Part shown: positions 8,460 through 19,870 of the stretch, one piece after another
Numbering within the stretch: the first letter of the stretch is position 1
How the letters are laid out: each line of letters begins with the position of its first letter
IMG/VR virus record: IMGVR_UViG_3300035659_000001
From: a virus
Taxonomy: Duplodnaviria; Heunggongvirae; Uroviricota; Caudoviricetes
Direction: 5' to 3' (one strand)
Length of the DNA: 64,000 nt
The notes under the pieces: model-generated
What the model was told of the DNA's origin: nothing
The model's database searches: none
The model's input: only the letters and a program-made list of their open reading frames with translations
Made by a program: the position numbers and the translations under genes

Positions 8460-9326
8460 TTGATTTACGTAACTCAAAGAACAAATAGACATGTTGTAAA
8501 AACTTTAGATACGTCTACTTCGCCTGCTCATTACGGAATTTCGTTTGGTTTATTTGAAATTAAGGGCGGAGATAGTACTAAGCTTGCTTATCCATGGGGC
8601 ATAGCTAGTGATTTGTCAAATAATATATATGTCTGCGACTATGAAAATCAAAGAATAGTAAAGCTCTCAGCTTCTTTAATTTATTTGACTGAATATAGTA
8701 CACGATTAACTGTAGGCAAGCCATGTGCTATATTATTTGATGTAATTACAGGTGACTTATACATTGCAGGTGTTTATAACAATGCTTATGTTAGATTGCA
8801 ACGGTTGACGACGTCATTAATTAATGTGAGAACGAGTGGTAATTTAAATTCTGTAGGTGATATGTGGTTTAGACCTACAGGTATTTGTAGAGGTTTTGCG
8901 CCAAATAGTTTTATTGTTTCTGGCGCACGATTAGGCTTATATCAAACAATTGAAGCATCTTCATTTTCTACATTCACTATACAAAGCATTATTGGCGAAG
9001 ATACAACATATCCAAAATTATTTATGACAACAGTATATAATTCAATTATTAAGCATTCAAATGGCGATATATACCTTAATAATGGAAAAAGAATTATCAG
9101 GGTAAATTTGTTGCTTACTAATATTGGTGATTCAGACTTTTTATCTAAGACCATAACTGGATTAAAAGAGGGTGTTGATGGATCAATTCTAGTATATTTG
9201 GCAGATAGTCAAAAGTTAACAAGACGAAATGAAAATATGAATTTTATTGAGGATATTTATTACACTACTGCAAGTACAATTGCTTTAGATGCTTTTGATA
9301 TTGCTGATTTTATAGAAATTGCATAA
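8460..9326 (+). CDS. NHL-repeat beta-propeller protein (paralog 1)
   Basis: LAYPWGIASD...IYVCDYENQRIVKL NHL signature. Confidence 0.8.
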   Translation: MIYVTQRTNRHVVKTLDTSTSPAHYGISFGLFEIKGGDSTKLAYPWGIASDLSNNIYVCDYENQRIVKLSASLIYLTEYSTRLTVGKPCAILFDVITGDLYIAGVYNNAYVRLQRLTTSLINVRTSGNLNSVGDMWFRPTGICRGFAPNSFIVSGARLGLYQTIEASSFSTFTIQSIIGEDTTYPKLFMTTVYNSIIKHSNGDIYLNNGKRIIRVNLLLTNIGDSDFLSKTITGLKEGVDGSILVYLADSQKLTRRNENMNFIEDIYYTTASTIALDAFDIADFIEIA

Positions 9327-9338
9327 TGGGAGAACATA

Positions 9339-10223
9339 ATGGCAAATAAAATTTATTTAACTCAAAGAACTGATAGACATGTTGCAAAAAGATTAAGTGC
9401 AGACTTTATGCCTGCAACGTATGACTTATCATTTGGAGTGTATAAAGTTCCGGCGTTAACAGTGTCTAATTTGAATTTTCCTTGGGGGCTAACTATAGAT
9501 TCTTTAGGTGACATATATGTATGTGATGTAAGAAATAATAGAATTGTTAAATTAAGTTCAAACCTTGCGTATTTAGGTACATACAGCACTGTGTCAACAG
9601 TTGGAGTGCCGTATATTATTTATTTTGATTCTATTACTGGCGACTTATATATTGTAGGTGTAGAGCTTATATATGGAACAGCTATTAAGATTGAGAGAAT
9701 AACAACATCGCTTGTTAATGTAAAAACTAGCGGTAATATGAGAGCTATAAAAGATTTGTCGTTTAAACCAACAACAATTTGTAGAGGATTTACTGCTGGA
9801 ACTTTTTTAATTGGTGGTGCTAGTCTAGATTTACTTGAGACCACTGAATCTACAAATTTTTCGGACTTTATTGTTAGATCGATTTATGGTGAAACAACTA
9901 CATCTCCTGAGCTATTTGCAACTACAAAATACAATGGTGTGATTAAACACACTAATGATAATTTTTATTTGAACAATGGTCAACGAATTCTTAAAGTTAA
10001 TTCATCATTCGTTAATGTAGGTGATTCTGATTTTATATCTAAAACAATTTTTGGATTAAGACAGGGATTGTCCAGTACATTATTGATTTATAATGCTGAC
10101 AAACAAAAAATTCAAAGATATGATGAAAATTTGAATTTTATTGAAGATGTTTATACTGATTCAGGTGACATTATTGCTATTGATGCCTATGATATAATGG
10201 ATTTTATTGAGGTTAGTATATAA
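9339..10223 (+). CDS. NHL-repeat beta-propeller protein (paralog 2)
   Basis: LNFPWGLTIDSLGDIYVCDVRNNRIVKL. Confidence 0.8.
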   Translation: MANKIYLTQRTDRHVAKRLSADFMPATYDLSFGVYKVPALTVSNLNFPWGLTIDSLGDIYVCDVRNNRIVKLSSNLAYLGTYSTVSTVGVPYIIYFDSITGDLYIVGVELIYGTAIKIERITTSLVNVKTSGNMRAIKDLSFKPTTICRGFTAGTFLIGGASLDLLETTESTNFSDFIVRSIYGETTTSPELFATTKYNGVIKHTNDNFYLNNGQRILKVNSSFVNVGDSDFISKTIFGLRQGLSSTLLIYNADKQKIQRYDENLNFIEDVYTDSGDIIAIDAYDIMDFIEVSI

Positions 10224-10278
10224 TGTTTTGCAAGACTATATTAATTGAACAAATGTGCACTGTTATGAGGTTGAAATA

Positions 10279-11118
10279 ATGAGTGCAAATATGTTTGTTG
10301 TTCAAAGAACTCATAGACATATTGTTAAACGGTTTGATAGTACTACATATCCTATAGCATATAATGGCGCTTATTTTGGTGAATTTCAGTCAGGATTAAC
10401 TGATTCAATGTTAAATTTTCCTATGGCTTTGACTGTTGATGCAAGTCAAAATGTTTATGTTTGTGACACATTAAATAGTAGAATATTAAAATTAAATTTT
10501 GATTTACAATTAATTACTAAATACAGTACTGTTAATACTATAGGTAAGCCTTATGCGATAATGATTCACAATAATTTTATATATGTAGTTGGTATTTATA
10601 GTGATTTGTATCTTAGAATTGAAAAGTTTAATAACAATTTAGTAAGTTTGATCAATTCTACTAATTTAAGTGATAGTGTAATTGGAAAGCAATTGTCTAT
10701 TTGTAAAGGATTTAGTTCAGATACGATATTTATTGCTGGTGCTAGTGTTGACATTTATGAAACTACCGAAACTACTAATTTTTCTCAAGTTATTATTAGA
10801 CAGATTGTAGGTGAAACTAGAAAGATTTATACAGGCATCGAAATAAGTTCGGGATATTTATATCTTAATGATGGTACTAAGATAATAAAAGTTAATTCAT
10901 TATTTGAAAATGTCGGCGATTCAAATAAAATATCAAAGACCGTTAGATGTTTACGACAAGACACAAGAGGAAATTTATTAGTGTATAATGTTGATAGACA
11001 ATCAATATTGAGTTATGATGTTAATTTAAATTTTGTTGCTGAGTTATTTATTAACTCTGGACCTTTTATTGGTAATGACGCTTATGAGATAATGGATATA
11101 ACAGAGGTGGTTGTATAG
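10279..11118 (+). CDS. NHL-repeat beta-propeller protein (paralog 3)
   Basis: LNFPMALTVDASQNVYVCDTLNSRILKL; GAGGT RBS before 10279. Confidence 0.8.
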   Translation: MSANMFVVQRTHRHIVKRFDSTTYPIAYNGAYFGEFQSGLTDSMLNFPMALTVDASQNVYVCDTLNSRILKLNFDLQLITKYSTVNTIGKPYAIMIHNNFIYVVGIYSDLYLRIEKFNNNLVSLINSTNLSDSVIGKQLSICKGFSSDTIFIAGASVDIYETTETTNFSQVIIRQIVGETRKIYTGIEISSGYLYLNDGTKIIKVNSLFENVGDSNKISKTVRCLRQDTRGNLLVYNVDRQSILSYDVNLNFVAELFINSGPFIGNDAYEIMDITEVVV

Positions 11119-13685
11119 TGACAACATTTTTTATAAATGCTGGAGGTTTAAATATAGCACCATTTGACACTCCTGAAAAAGGAGCATTAAATCTTTTTAG
11201 TTTCGCTTATGATTATCAATATTTAGTTGGACCTGATGATGTTTTTGAAATAGTTGATAACGGCACAATAATAGAGCCTTGTCTTGTACCATTTGAAATT
11301 CAACGCGGTTCAATTATTAGATCATGGTCAGAAAATAAGAATAAACCAACTATTCAAATACCAAAAACTTCTGTAATATTTCATTCGGGTAAAGTTTTAA
11401 ATATTAAATTTTTTAAAGATGGTAATATAGTGATTCCAGGTCCTGCAGCAGGACATTTTTTTGCGTCAATTTATAAGGATGTTAATCAGGAAGTAAGTGG
11501 CTGCGAATTTAAATTTATTAATGCACCAACAAATTTTATGTATGTTATAGAACAACCTGTATTACAATATGGAGGAAACGGAACAAAGATTGTTAATAAT
11601 GTTTTCATGAACTGCTATCCTGCAATATCACTTTTAGATGAATCGTTAAATTCAGTTATCGCAAACAATACTATTTATAAAGCTAATTTTTATGCTCTTG
11701 AAAATAATGTAGTGATTGACGTAGATAATCATGATGACTTATGTAATGGCACTGTAATATTAAATAATGTTATTTATTGTGATGTCAATGTAGGAACTGC
11801 TATAAATATTAATGGGTCTAATTTGATGCAGGATTATAATTGCATTCATGGCGTAGGCGTTGAATATTCAGGAGCTGCAGTTTCAGGACTTCATAATATT
11901 GATTCAATAAATAGATTAGGTCATACTAATCCGGGATTTATAGGAAACAATGCAGAACTTTTTATTGCTAGTCCTTGTGTAAGTTCTGGTGCTACAAAGA
12001 CTACTTATCCTCAATTACCTGAATTTGATTTTGATGGATTATTGAGACCTGATGTGTTGCCGATGTCAATTGGCGCGTATGAACCCAAAATTAAAACGTA
12101 TTTTAAAAAAAATTCATCAATTAAATTGACTGAAGACACAGATGATAATAGAATTAATTCTGACATGTGTGCAGTTGTATCACCAGCAGGTCAAAAAATA
12201 ATTTTTTATGCAAAGACATTTAATTCCGGACGATTGAGTAATTCTAGAGTTACTTATGTTTTGCCGTTTACATTGAACGTTGAAGCAGGAAATGGATTAA
12301 TAAATGGTCTAACAGTTAACTGGCTTGCAGCATCATTTATTGTGAGTCAAAATTCATTTATTTTAGTATATGTTAACACTTCTGGAGTAGTAGGATTGAC
12401 GTCAGATTTTACAATGACATTTATAAAAGATGTCATAGTATTAGCTTATGTAAATGTTGGTGGGTCTGAGATAGTATATGTTGAAGAAGTAGAAAAAACA
12501 AATAAAAATATTTATTGTAGAAAACAAATTTTACATTCGTATGGGTTATGGGATTGGGATGATTATGAATTTATTTTGAACACAGGTTCACAGCCAAGAG
12601 CATTATATGATAGTCTTACTGGCAAGATTTATATGTCATATAAAAAAGACGGAACAGCATTTACTCGTATTTTTGATTTAAACTTAGAAAATTCGTTTAA
12701 ATATTTACCAAATAAATATATTGTAAGCAATGTTATTTATCTAAGTAGGAATCAAGAATCAAGCGCTTATTTTATGGGTAGTTTTGGTACTAAAACAAAC
12801 AGTGCTATTGATAATATTGATTTGTTTCCTTTAGGTTCATCAGCACTAAGTTTTATTTATTTAAGCGGTTCGTTTAAACCATTTATATTTTTACCTTTTA
12901 TAACTGGTGAATTTGTGTCAAATATTTTATATCCATATTTTATCGATATTTATACTTTTGATGGATCTGTTTATGCTTTGGAGAATACTGTTACTTTTTA
13001 TGATAATATTAATTTTCTTGTTGATACAAGATGGTATGAATGTCTTACAAACAATCAAGACAGGTATATTGGTGTTAGAGTAAATTCTAATTTAATTGCG
13101 CATCAATATGAGACTGCATTAGAAAATAGAATTAAAGTTCATGTATTTGTACCATTTTATGAAGGCGACATCGTTAATGGTATAACAGCTATTGAAGGGC
13201 GATTGTCTTTTCTTGGATCAATGGGATCAAAATCAGGAATTGAAAAAACTTTTGAATATCAAGAAACAAGAGATTTCGAATTCAATAATGTTAATTTTCT
13301 TGGATCAATGGGATCAAAGTCAGAAATTGAAAAAACTTTTGAATATCAAGAAACAAGAGATTTCGAATTTGATGATGCTAATTTCATCGGAATGTTTGGA
13401 TCAGTTACATCTATAGTAGGTCTTGATACAGCCCCTATGATAGATATTCATCCGGCTGATACATCTATTTTAAGTGGCGAAGACATATTTTTAGCAGTTT
13501 TAGCGCACGGGACAACACCTTTATACTATCAATGGAAAAAGAACACTTTAAATATTTTAGGTGCAACTAGTAACGTTTATGTTAAGTCTGGAGCAGTTCC
13601 AGAAGATTCTGGGTCGTATACTTGTGATGTTGCTAATGCTGCTGGTCTTGTTACAAGTGATATTGCAACTGTAACTGTTTCGTAA
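11118..13685 (+). CDS. probable virion protein: parallel beta-helix region plus C-terminal Ig domain
   Basis: IVNNVF/IANNTI/ILNNVI repeats, SPCV..G..D..G..R...SIGAYE motif, C-terminal PLYYQWKKN...DSGSYTC. Confidence 0.7.
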   Translation: MTTFFINAGGLNIAPFDTPEKGALNLFSFAYDYQYLVGPDDVFEIVDNGTIIEPCLVPFEIQRGSIIRSWSENKNKPTIQIPKTSVIFHSGKVLNIKFFKDGNIVIPGPAAGHFFASIYKDVNQEVSGCEFKFINAPTNFMYVIEQPVLQYGGNGTKIVNNVFMNCYPAISLLDESLNSVIANNTIYKANFYALENNVVIDVDNHDDLCNGTVILNNVIYCDVNVGTAININGSNLMQDYNCIHGVGVEYSGAAVSGLHNIDSINRLGHTNPGFIGNNAELFIASPCVSSGATKTTYPQLPEFDFDGLLRPDVLPMSIGAYEPKIKTYFKKNSSIKLTEDTDDNRINSDMCAVVSPAGQKIIFYAKTFNSGRLSNSRVTYVLPFTLNVEAGNGLINGLTVNWLAASFIVSQNSFILVYVNTSGVVGLTSDFTMTFIKDVIVLAYVNVGGSEIVYVEEVEKTNKNIYCRKQILHSYGLWDWDDYEFILNTGSQPRALYDSLTGKIYMSYKKDGTAFTRIFDLNLENSFKYLPNKYIVSNVIYLSRNQESSAYFMGSFGTKTNSAIDNIDLFPLGSSALSFIYLSGSFKPFIFLPFITGEFVSNILYPYFIDIYTFDGSVYALENTVTFYDNINFLVDTRWYECLTNNQDRYIGVRVNSNLIAHQYETALENRIKVHVFVPFYEGDIVNGITAIEGRLSFLGSMGSKSGIEKTFEYQETRDFEFNNVNFLGSMGSKSEIEKTFEYQETRDFEFDDANFIGMFGSVTSIVGLDTAPMIDIHPADTSILSGEDIFLAVLAHGTTPLYYQWKKNTLNILGATSNVYVKSGAVPEDSGSYTCDVANAAGLVTSDIATVTVS
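13209..13382 (+). repeat. 87-nt in-frame tandem duplication (29 aa, FLGSMGSKS.IEKTFEYQETRDFEF...)
   Basis: Near-identical units start at 13209 and 13296. Confidence 0.9.
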
Positions 13686-13723
13686 CAGAAAAATAAATTT
13701 CTAATTCTAAAAAAGGAAAAAAT

Positions 13724-16700
13724 ATGTTATCAGCAAGAGGTTTATACGAGTGGAAATTAGTAGATGTGAAAACTAATAAAATTATTTTACAGGGCGAGAA
13801 ATGGAATTTAGTTACAGATAGATTTTTATGGATTATGGGAAATAATCAATATGCTTTAAATAATAGTAGTAATTCAAAGCTTGCAATTGTTTTATCTGCT
13901 ACTGAACCAGGAGTAGATGTCGGTGTGCCTGCTGTTGATTTATATGATTATAGAGAGTACGGTATAAGTCACAATAAGTTTACATTATTGGCTACTGGTA
14001 CTTTTCAACCAGCAAGTACAGGTTATATTGATTATGTTTTAAATAGTAAATGGACAGATAATAATTTTGCTCCTCCAGGATCGCCAAGAACTATAAGAAT
14101 TATTGGTGTAGCTTATACTAATACAACAACGCCTAATAGTTTTGTGTCATTTATAGAGTTAGATACGCCTGTAACACAAAATACTGATCAATATTTTTAT
14201 GTTAAGTATACTATATTTTTTAATTTTTCAAGTAATGGTGGTAATGTGCCCAATAATAGATTTATTCAATTTCACATGAATAAAAATCTTTTATATGGGA
14301 CGCCACTATATTTTGGTTATACTGGTAACACTTCTTATAGAACAAAAAGACATGTAACTATATTAGTAGAGCCAACTGTTTTAGATAATGTAATGAGGCA
14401 TGTTCCATCAGTTTTTGGAACTGCTTATACTGATGGTGGTACTGTTATAGGTTGCAGAATGGCTACTAGAATCGAGAAAAGTTTTTTAGTTGCGGATATT
14501 CCAGGGCCTGTTGGATGTATTTGTCATAGTGAGCCTTTGTTTGCTACATTGGGATATTCTCCTGCCGGTTTGTCACCGTCTGTATCAAGAGTATTTATTC
14601 ATCCATCTAATAGATTAAGTCAGATATTTTCTGATCCTGCATATCCTCCTAGTTCAAATGGTAATGTGGTTATCACAGGAACACCAACAAATACAGCTCC
14701 AATTGTTGGTCGCATCAAAATAACAAAAACAGGAGATGGATCAAATATTGTTGACGAGGTTGTTGCTTATACAGATGTTGATGTTGATAATGATTGGCTT
14801 CTTGTTACTCAGGGAAGTCTATGGGCAACTAATGATATATTAAAAATAGATAATGATGAAAATAATCCACCGGAGCCGTTAGTTGAAGGAACTAACTATT
14901 ATGTTATTTATGTTGACGGCACTTATATTAAATTGTCAACGATAAAAGACGGTCCCGCAATAGATATTACAAGTCAAGGTACAGGTAATAATACTTTAAC
15001 GCGTCAAAATACTGGTACTTTTTCTCTTGAACTCGAACCGTATGGATTAGAGACTGTTTTGTCACAATTACCAATGGGTATAGATTTTGATAATAAAGTA
15101 CAACCTGCAAATTTAACAAGTCTTACTGATACAGGAGAAGGTGGTATAATATGGACTACTGATTGTAGTTATTTAGTTCGAGGGTTATTTCAATATAATG
15201 ACTATATCTATTCCGTACAGAAAAGCAGAGTGTCTTTTGAGCTTACAATATGCTCATGGAAATTTTGGACAATAGAATCTAGTGTGTCTTTATGCAAATT
15301 TGGTACAAGTAGTACAAAGTACAGAGCAATGGTTAAGTCAGGAGATGCAGCTTATATTGCGACAAATGAAGGTATTTATAAATATGATATAACGACGCCG
15401 ACTGTTGCGCCTATATTAATTACTGTAACAAACATCATTGACACTAATATTACTGAATTAGCAATTGATGAGATTACTGGACATTTGTGGACTGGACATA
15501 CTACAGGATTAAGTAAAATAGATTTAGGGACTCTTATAGCAGTGCAATATATTACAGGAGGTGGTGAACAATTAGATGGAATGATTTCATCTGATGTTTA
15601 TATTAATCCAGGACAAATAACTGCTTATGATGGCAGAATAATAAGAGTTGGCATGTTTCCATTAGGTGGTTCTAGCAAGGCTTGGATTTTACAAGATGGT
15701 GTTGGATGGTGTTATGTGAATAACAATGTTTCTAGAAGTGGTACTCTAAGAAAAGGTACTAATGAAGTAGTAGTTTTTTCGAATTTATCGCCATATACTA
15801 TTATAAGATATAGCGTAGTTGTGACAGGAAAAAATTCAGGAACAGTCACTGTATTACAATCTTATGCGTCTACTTCAAGTTCTGATAGTGTAGTTAGTTC
15901 TAGAATTAGAAATCAAATGGTTCAAATGTCCGATAGTAAATTTATTTTCGATAATGTTACGGGTGGCGCATTTGATCAACTTATTAATACTTTAATATAT
16001 GAAATTGATGTCGGAATAACTACTATGTATAGCACAGACTTACTTCAATTTGATCCAATTAAAAATTTATCAGTTGAGGAATTGGCGTGGAGATATAGTT
16101 TAAATAAAAATTTAATTGATTTTGGTAATGCAGTGAATGTAGCTATTCCGTGGGATCTTAAGATCACAACGCCAGGATTATTAGGTAGTCCATATTCTTA
16201 TGGCACAAATGGAGCAACTTGGATTAAAGACTATTTTGAATATAATTTGAATATTCTTCAGGTTGGTACTTATGAACTATTACATGGATTATTTGTTGGT
16301 TTTAATAATGCCACAGGTAAACCATGGGATCAACAATTTATAGAAGGTGAACGTTTCACTTTTATGTACGGTGCAACCAAATTTAAAGATAACCTTCAAA
16401 CGATGCAACTAAAAGCTCGGACTTATTATTCTGAAGTTTCTTATGCTTCTGCTATTCCAGTTACTGTTCCAGTTTCTGCTGCTTATACTTATCATGTAAC
16501 TGAAGCAATAGATCCTAATTTTAGAGAAGTTGATAATTATAGTTTGGTTGTTTCTGTTAAAGATGGGTTAGTTGCATATACAGCGTTAACACTTCCTACA
16601 GGTAATACTTTTACGGCTGCTTATACAACAGATCTTATAACAGTTGGAATAAATATTGCAACTGGGACTGTTGTCTATATAACAACAACTGGTACTTTAC

Positions 16701-16960
16701 CGTTACCATTACGATATAATGGTGTGTATTATGCGATTAATGTTAGTCCAACACAGATAAAATTGGCATTAACTTATGCAGATGCTATAGGGAACGTTCC
16801 TATAGATTTAATTGACAATGGATTACTAATACATACTATTTATCAAATAGTACCTGCAACAACACAGTATTTTCTTGGATTAAATGGAATTTTTGTGTTT
16901 GCAGCAGCAGATGCTGGAAAAAATTTAACTTTAGATTATACTACAACATATTATAGTTAA
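13724..16960 (+). CDS. large probable virion/baseplate-associated protein with a beta-propeller and two copies of a tail-type domain
   Basis: Duplicated P.PL....YY.I.V....IKL.....IDI module; YIATNEGIYKY and LWTGHTTGLSKI propeller blades. Confidence 0.6.
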   Translation: MLSARGLYEWKLVDVKTNKIILQGEKWNLVTDRFLWIMGNNQYALNNSSNSKLAIVLSATEPGVDVGVPAVDLYDYREYGISHNKFTLLATGTFQPASTGYIDYVLNSKWTDNNFAPPGSPRTIRIIGVAYTNTTTPNSFVSFIELDTPVTQNTDQYFYVKYTIFFNFSSNGGNVPNNRFIQFHMNKNLLYGTPLYFGYTGNTSYRTKRHVTILVEPTVLDNVMRHVPSVFGTAYTDGGTVIGCRMATRIEKSFLVADIPGPVGCICHSEPLFATLGYSPAGLSPSVSRVFIHPSNRLSQIFSDPAYPPSSNGNVVITGTPTNTAPIVGRIKITKTGDGSNIVDEVVAYTDVDVDNDWLLVTQGSLWATNDILKIDNDENNPPEPLVEGTNYYVIYVDGTYIKLSTIKDGPAIDITSQGTGNNTLTRQNTGTFSLELEPYGLETVLSQLPMGIDFDNKVQPANLTSLTDTGEGGIIWTTDCSYLVRGLFQYNDYIYSVQKSRVSFELTICSWKFWTIESSVSLCKFGTSSTKYRAMVKSGDAAYIATNEGIYKYDITTPTVAPILITVTNIIDTNITELAIDEITGHLWTGHTTGLSKIDLGTLIAVQYITGGGEQLDGMISSDVYINPGQITAYDGRIIRVGMFPLGGSSKAWILQDGVGWCYVNNNVSRSGTLRKGTNEVVVFSNLSPYTIIRYSVVVTGKNSGTVTVLQSYASTSSSDSVVSSRIRNQMVQMSDSKFIFDNVTGGAFDQLINTLIYEIDVGITTMYSTDLLQFDPIKNLSVEELAWRYSLNKNLIDFGNAVNVAIPWDLKITTPGLLGSPYSYGTNGATWIKDYFEYNLNILQVGTYELLHGLFVGFNNATGKPWDQQFIEGERFTFMYGATKFKDNLQTMQLKARTYYSEVSYASAIPVTVPVSAAYTYHVTEAIDPNFREVDNYSLVVSVKDGLVAYTALTLPTGNTFTAAYTTDLITVGINIATGTVVYITTTGTLPLPLRYNGVYYAINVSPTQIKLALTYADAIGNVPIDLIDNGLLIHTIYQIVPATTQYFLGLNGIFVFAAADAGKNLTLDYTTTYYS

Positions 16961-16996
16961 GATTTTTATGTTACGAACAAAGAAAGATTTGATAGC

Positions 16997-19858
16997 ATGT
17001 CAATACCTGTAAGTGTTGAGCAAGAGATTTCAGTTAGTAGTATAGGTAATGAATCAAGACCTCAAGACATAATAGTTAAAGGTTCAATGTGGACTGTTGC
17101 TTATAGTTCAGGTCGATTAATTTTGAAAGAGTTTGAAGGTCAATTGTTTAGAATAAACAATGTTGAATTGTCTAAACAATTTATATTGACGTCTGCAAAG
17201 AAAATTGATGGGTCGCTTTATAATGATAGATTTTGGATATGGTTGTTGCTTAATGATAATTCAATTAAATTGTATGAAATTGAACCTTTGTCAAATGATA
17301 TGCCAATTATTCATAGATCAATATCACTTTTTACTGACTTAAAGTATATTGATTTTGCTGTTAATGCACAACCTGGTATAAAAGCTTTAACTTTAACTAA
17401 TTCTTTAGAAAATTTGTATCTTAGTATTATTGATCAGCCTTTAGATAATACTGTGTTTATGACTCAACAAGTTGATTGGTCTAGTACAAGATTGGATCAA
17501 ATTGCAGTTTTAAATGAATCTAATTTAACTAATAATTTATTTTTAGATGTTGCATCACCACCAAATGAATTTACTGAAGAATATGAATTTTTTGCGCCAG
17601 AAAATTTAAATGTAATTGTAATAGTTCAACCCAATCAAGTTCAAATATCTTGGGATGCTAAAGAAGGAGCTATTTCATACATTTTAGAAAAAGCTCTTTT
17701 ACCTGATTTTAGTGATTCTTTAGTTTTATATTCAGGTACTAATATTTCAATTATTGACGTAATATTGATTGCAAATACGTATTATTATCGCGTAAAGGCT
17801 ATTAGTATTATTGAATCTGCTTGGGCATCAACATCTATAACATTGAATGTGCCGGTAAAACCTGAAAACCTTGTTGCTGTATTAGGGCCGTTAACAGGTG
17901 AAGTTGATCTCAGTTGGGATATTGTACCTTATGTTGATGGCTATACTTTACAACAAGCAAAATTAGCTAACTTTAGTGATGCAATTACTATTTATGATGG
18001 TGCAATTAATTCATTTGCAGATATTGTTAACTATACAACTACATATTATTATCAAGTAAGAGCTTATAACATTTTAGGCATTTCTGATTGGTCTGATCCG
18101 GCATCTATATTTGTTGATGTTACTGCGACTGCGACTAATTATAAGAAAATACTAACAATATTAAGAAATAACAGACATGTTGTTAAACAGTTAAGAGCAA
18201 TTTCTATTCCCGCAGTGTATGATGACAAATATTTTGGAACGTATGGTTCACCGGGTGGAGGTAATACTTCATTTAATGTGCCGAATGCAGTAACTTTAGA
18301 TTTTGACAATAACATATATGTTTGTGATTATGAAAATAAAAGAATCGTTAAATTAAACAAAGTGTTGTCTTATATTAATAGTATTGATGTGTCAAATTAT
18401 GTTTGTAAACCTTGTGCAATATTTTTCGATCAACAATCTAGATGTTTATATATTGCTGGTATGAGATTTCATACAATTAATAATCTTGACATATATGGTT
18501 ATCTTACTATAATGAAATGTTCAACTTCTTTTACTGATATAAAGTATTCAAATGATTTATTAGGTTACTGGAATAGATTAAATCGAGATGATCTTACGCA
18601 TAAACCTGTATCGATTTGTAAAGGAGACTATGTAGGTGAGATATTCATTGCTGGTGTAAGAAAAGTTATTTATAGAACGTTTGAAACTGATACATCATTT
18701 ATAATGGCTGAACCATTAAGTATACGTTGGGATGAAGAATCAATGGTCATACGAGGATTTATTAATCATTCTAATGGATATTTTTATCTAAATACAGGAA
18801 CAAAAATAGTAAAAATTAGAATAGCTGAGACATGTTTTAATGTCGGCGATTCAAATTTTATTTCAAAATCTTTATATGGGCTAAAAGAAGATACAAATGG
18901 TAATTTATTAATTTATAATGCTGATAAAAGAGCACTTATAAGTATTGATGAAAATTTAAATTTTGCTAATGAACTATATGTAGATTCTGGTGACTCAATT
19001 AATAAAAGCTTTTATGATGTTAGTGATTTTGCTGTCAATTATGTAGGCATTCCCATTGACTTATACAATATGCTAACTGTGAAACAAACAGACAATGAAT
19101 TCATATTTTGGGCGCCTTTTTCAGAAGATGCTCATTCAATTGGTTATTCACCTAACGCATCGAATGAAAGTGATAGTTCAATTAATAGATTACAATTAAA
19201 TGATTTTATAATAGGAGAAAAAGTTGATAGTGGATGCATGATATTATTATCAAATCCAATATCCGGAAATACAAACTCACCCATTAATAATGATTTACGA
19301 ATAATAACTGACTTTACAATAGCTATATGGTATAAATGGGATAGTGATCTCGGTACTGATGGTTGGATACTAGATTGTTCTGGACCATATTCTAGTATGC
19401 TCGAAACTAATAATACTTTATATGGCATACAAACTGTTTTTCCAGGAAATATTAAAATAATACATAAATATGACAGCGGAAATGTTGAATCGTATGTGAC
19501 TCCGATCATTTTTCCAAGAGATGGTCAAATTCACTTATTAGTTGTTCGTAGAAATAGTAGTCTTAAACAATATGAGTTAAATTTAGATAATGGTGCGTCG
19601 TTTATTCAATCATATATAAATGATCCTACAGGAGGATCAAATGCTACATTAGCTATCGGCGGAAAATCATCAACAGATGTTTTGAATCCACAAGCTAATG
19701 GAAAATATTATGATACATACATATTTAATAGTTTTTTAAGTAATTCAGATATTTCTATAATATTTGATGCAGGCTCATCAGAAGCATCGTGGTTTAATTA
19801 TTCTAATTGGAATAGTGCATCTGGATCTGGATATGTTACATGGGTGCCGATAATTTAA
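16997..19858 (+). CDS. FN3-FN3-NHL-LamG multidomain probable virion protein
   Basis: Two FN3 domains (APENL..ISW..YYYRVKA; KPENL..LSW..YYYQVRAYN), NHL (FNVPNAVTLD..IYVCD), concanavalin-like DFTIAIWYK...HLLVVR. Confidence 0.8.
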   Translation: MSIPVSVEQEISVSSIGNESRPQDIIVKGSMWTVAYSSGRLILKEFEGQLFRINNVELSKQFILTSAKKIDGSLYNDRFWIWLLLNDNSIKLYEIEPLSNDMPIIHRSISLFTDLKYIDFAVNAQPGIKALTLTNSLENLYLSIIDQPLDNTVFMTQQVDWSSTRLDQIAVLNESNLTNNLFLDVASPPNEFTEEYEFFAPENLNVIVIVQPNQVQISWDAKEGAISYILEKALLPDFSDSLVLYSGTNISIIDVILIANTYYYRVKAISIIESAWASTSITLNVPVKPENLVAVLGPLTGEVDLSWDIVPYVDGYTLQQAKLANFSDAITIYDGAINSFADIVNYTTTYYYQVRAYNILGISDWSDPASIFVDVTATATNYKKILTILRNNRHVVKQLRAISIPAVYDDKYFGTYGSPGGGNTSFNVPNAVTLDFDNNIYVCDYENKRIVKLNKVLSYINSIDVSNYVCKPCAIFFDQQSRCLYIAGMRFHTINNLDIYGYLTIMKCSTSFTDIKYSNDLLGYWNRLNRDDLTHKPVSICKGDYVGEIFIAGVRKVIYRTFETDTSFIMAEPLSIRWDEESMVIRGFINHSNGYFYLNTGTKIVKIRIAETCFNVGDSNFISKSLYGLKEDTNGNLLIYNADKRALISIDENLNFANELYVDSGDSINKSFYDVSDFAVNYVGIPIDLYNMLTVKQTDNEFIFWAPFSEDAHSIGYSPNASNESDSSINRLQLNDFIIGEKVDSGCMILLSNPISGNTNSPINNDLRIITDFTIAIWYKWDSDLGTDGWILDCSGPYSSMLETNNTLYGIQTVFPGNIKIIHKYDSGNVESYVTPIIFPRDGQIHLLVVRRNSSLKQYELNLDNGASFIQSYINDPTGGSNATLAIGGKSSTDVLNPQANGKYYDTYIFNSFLSNSDISIIFDAGSSEASWFNYSNWNSASGSGYVTWVPII

Positions 19859-19870
19859 TTGGGAGTGACA

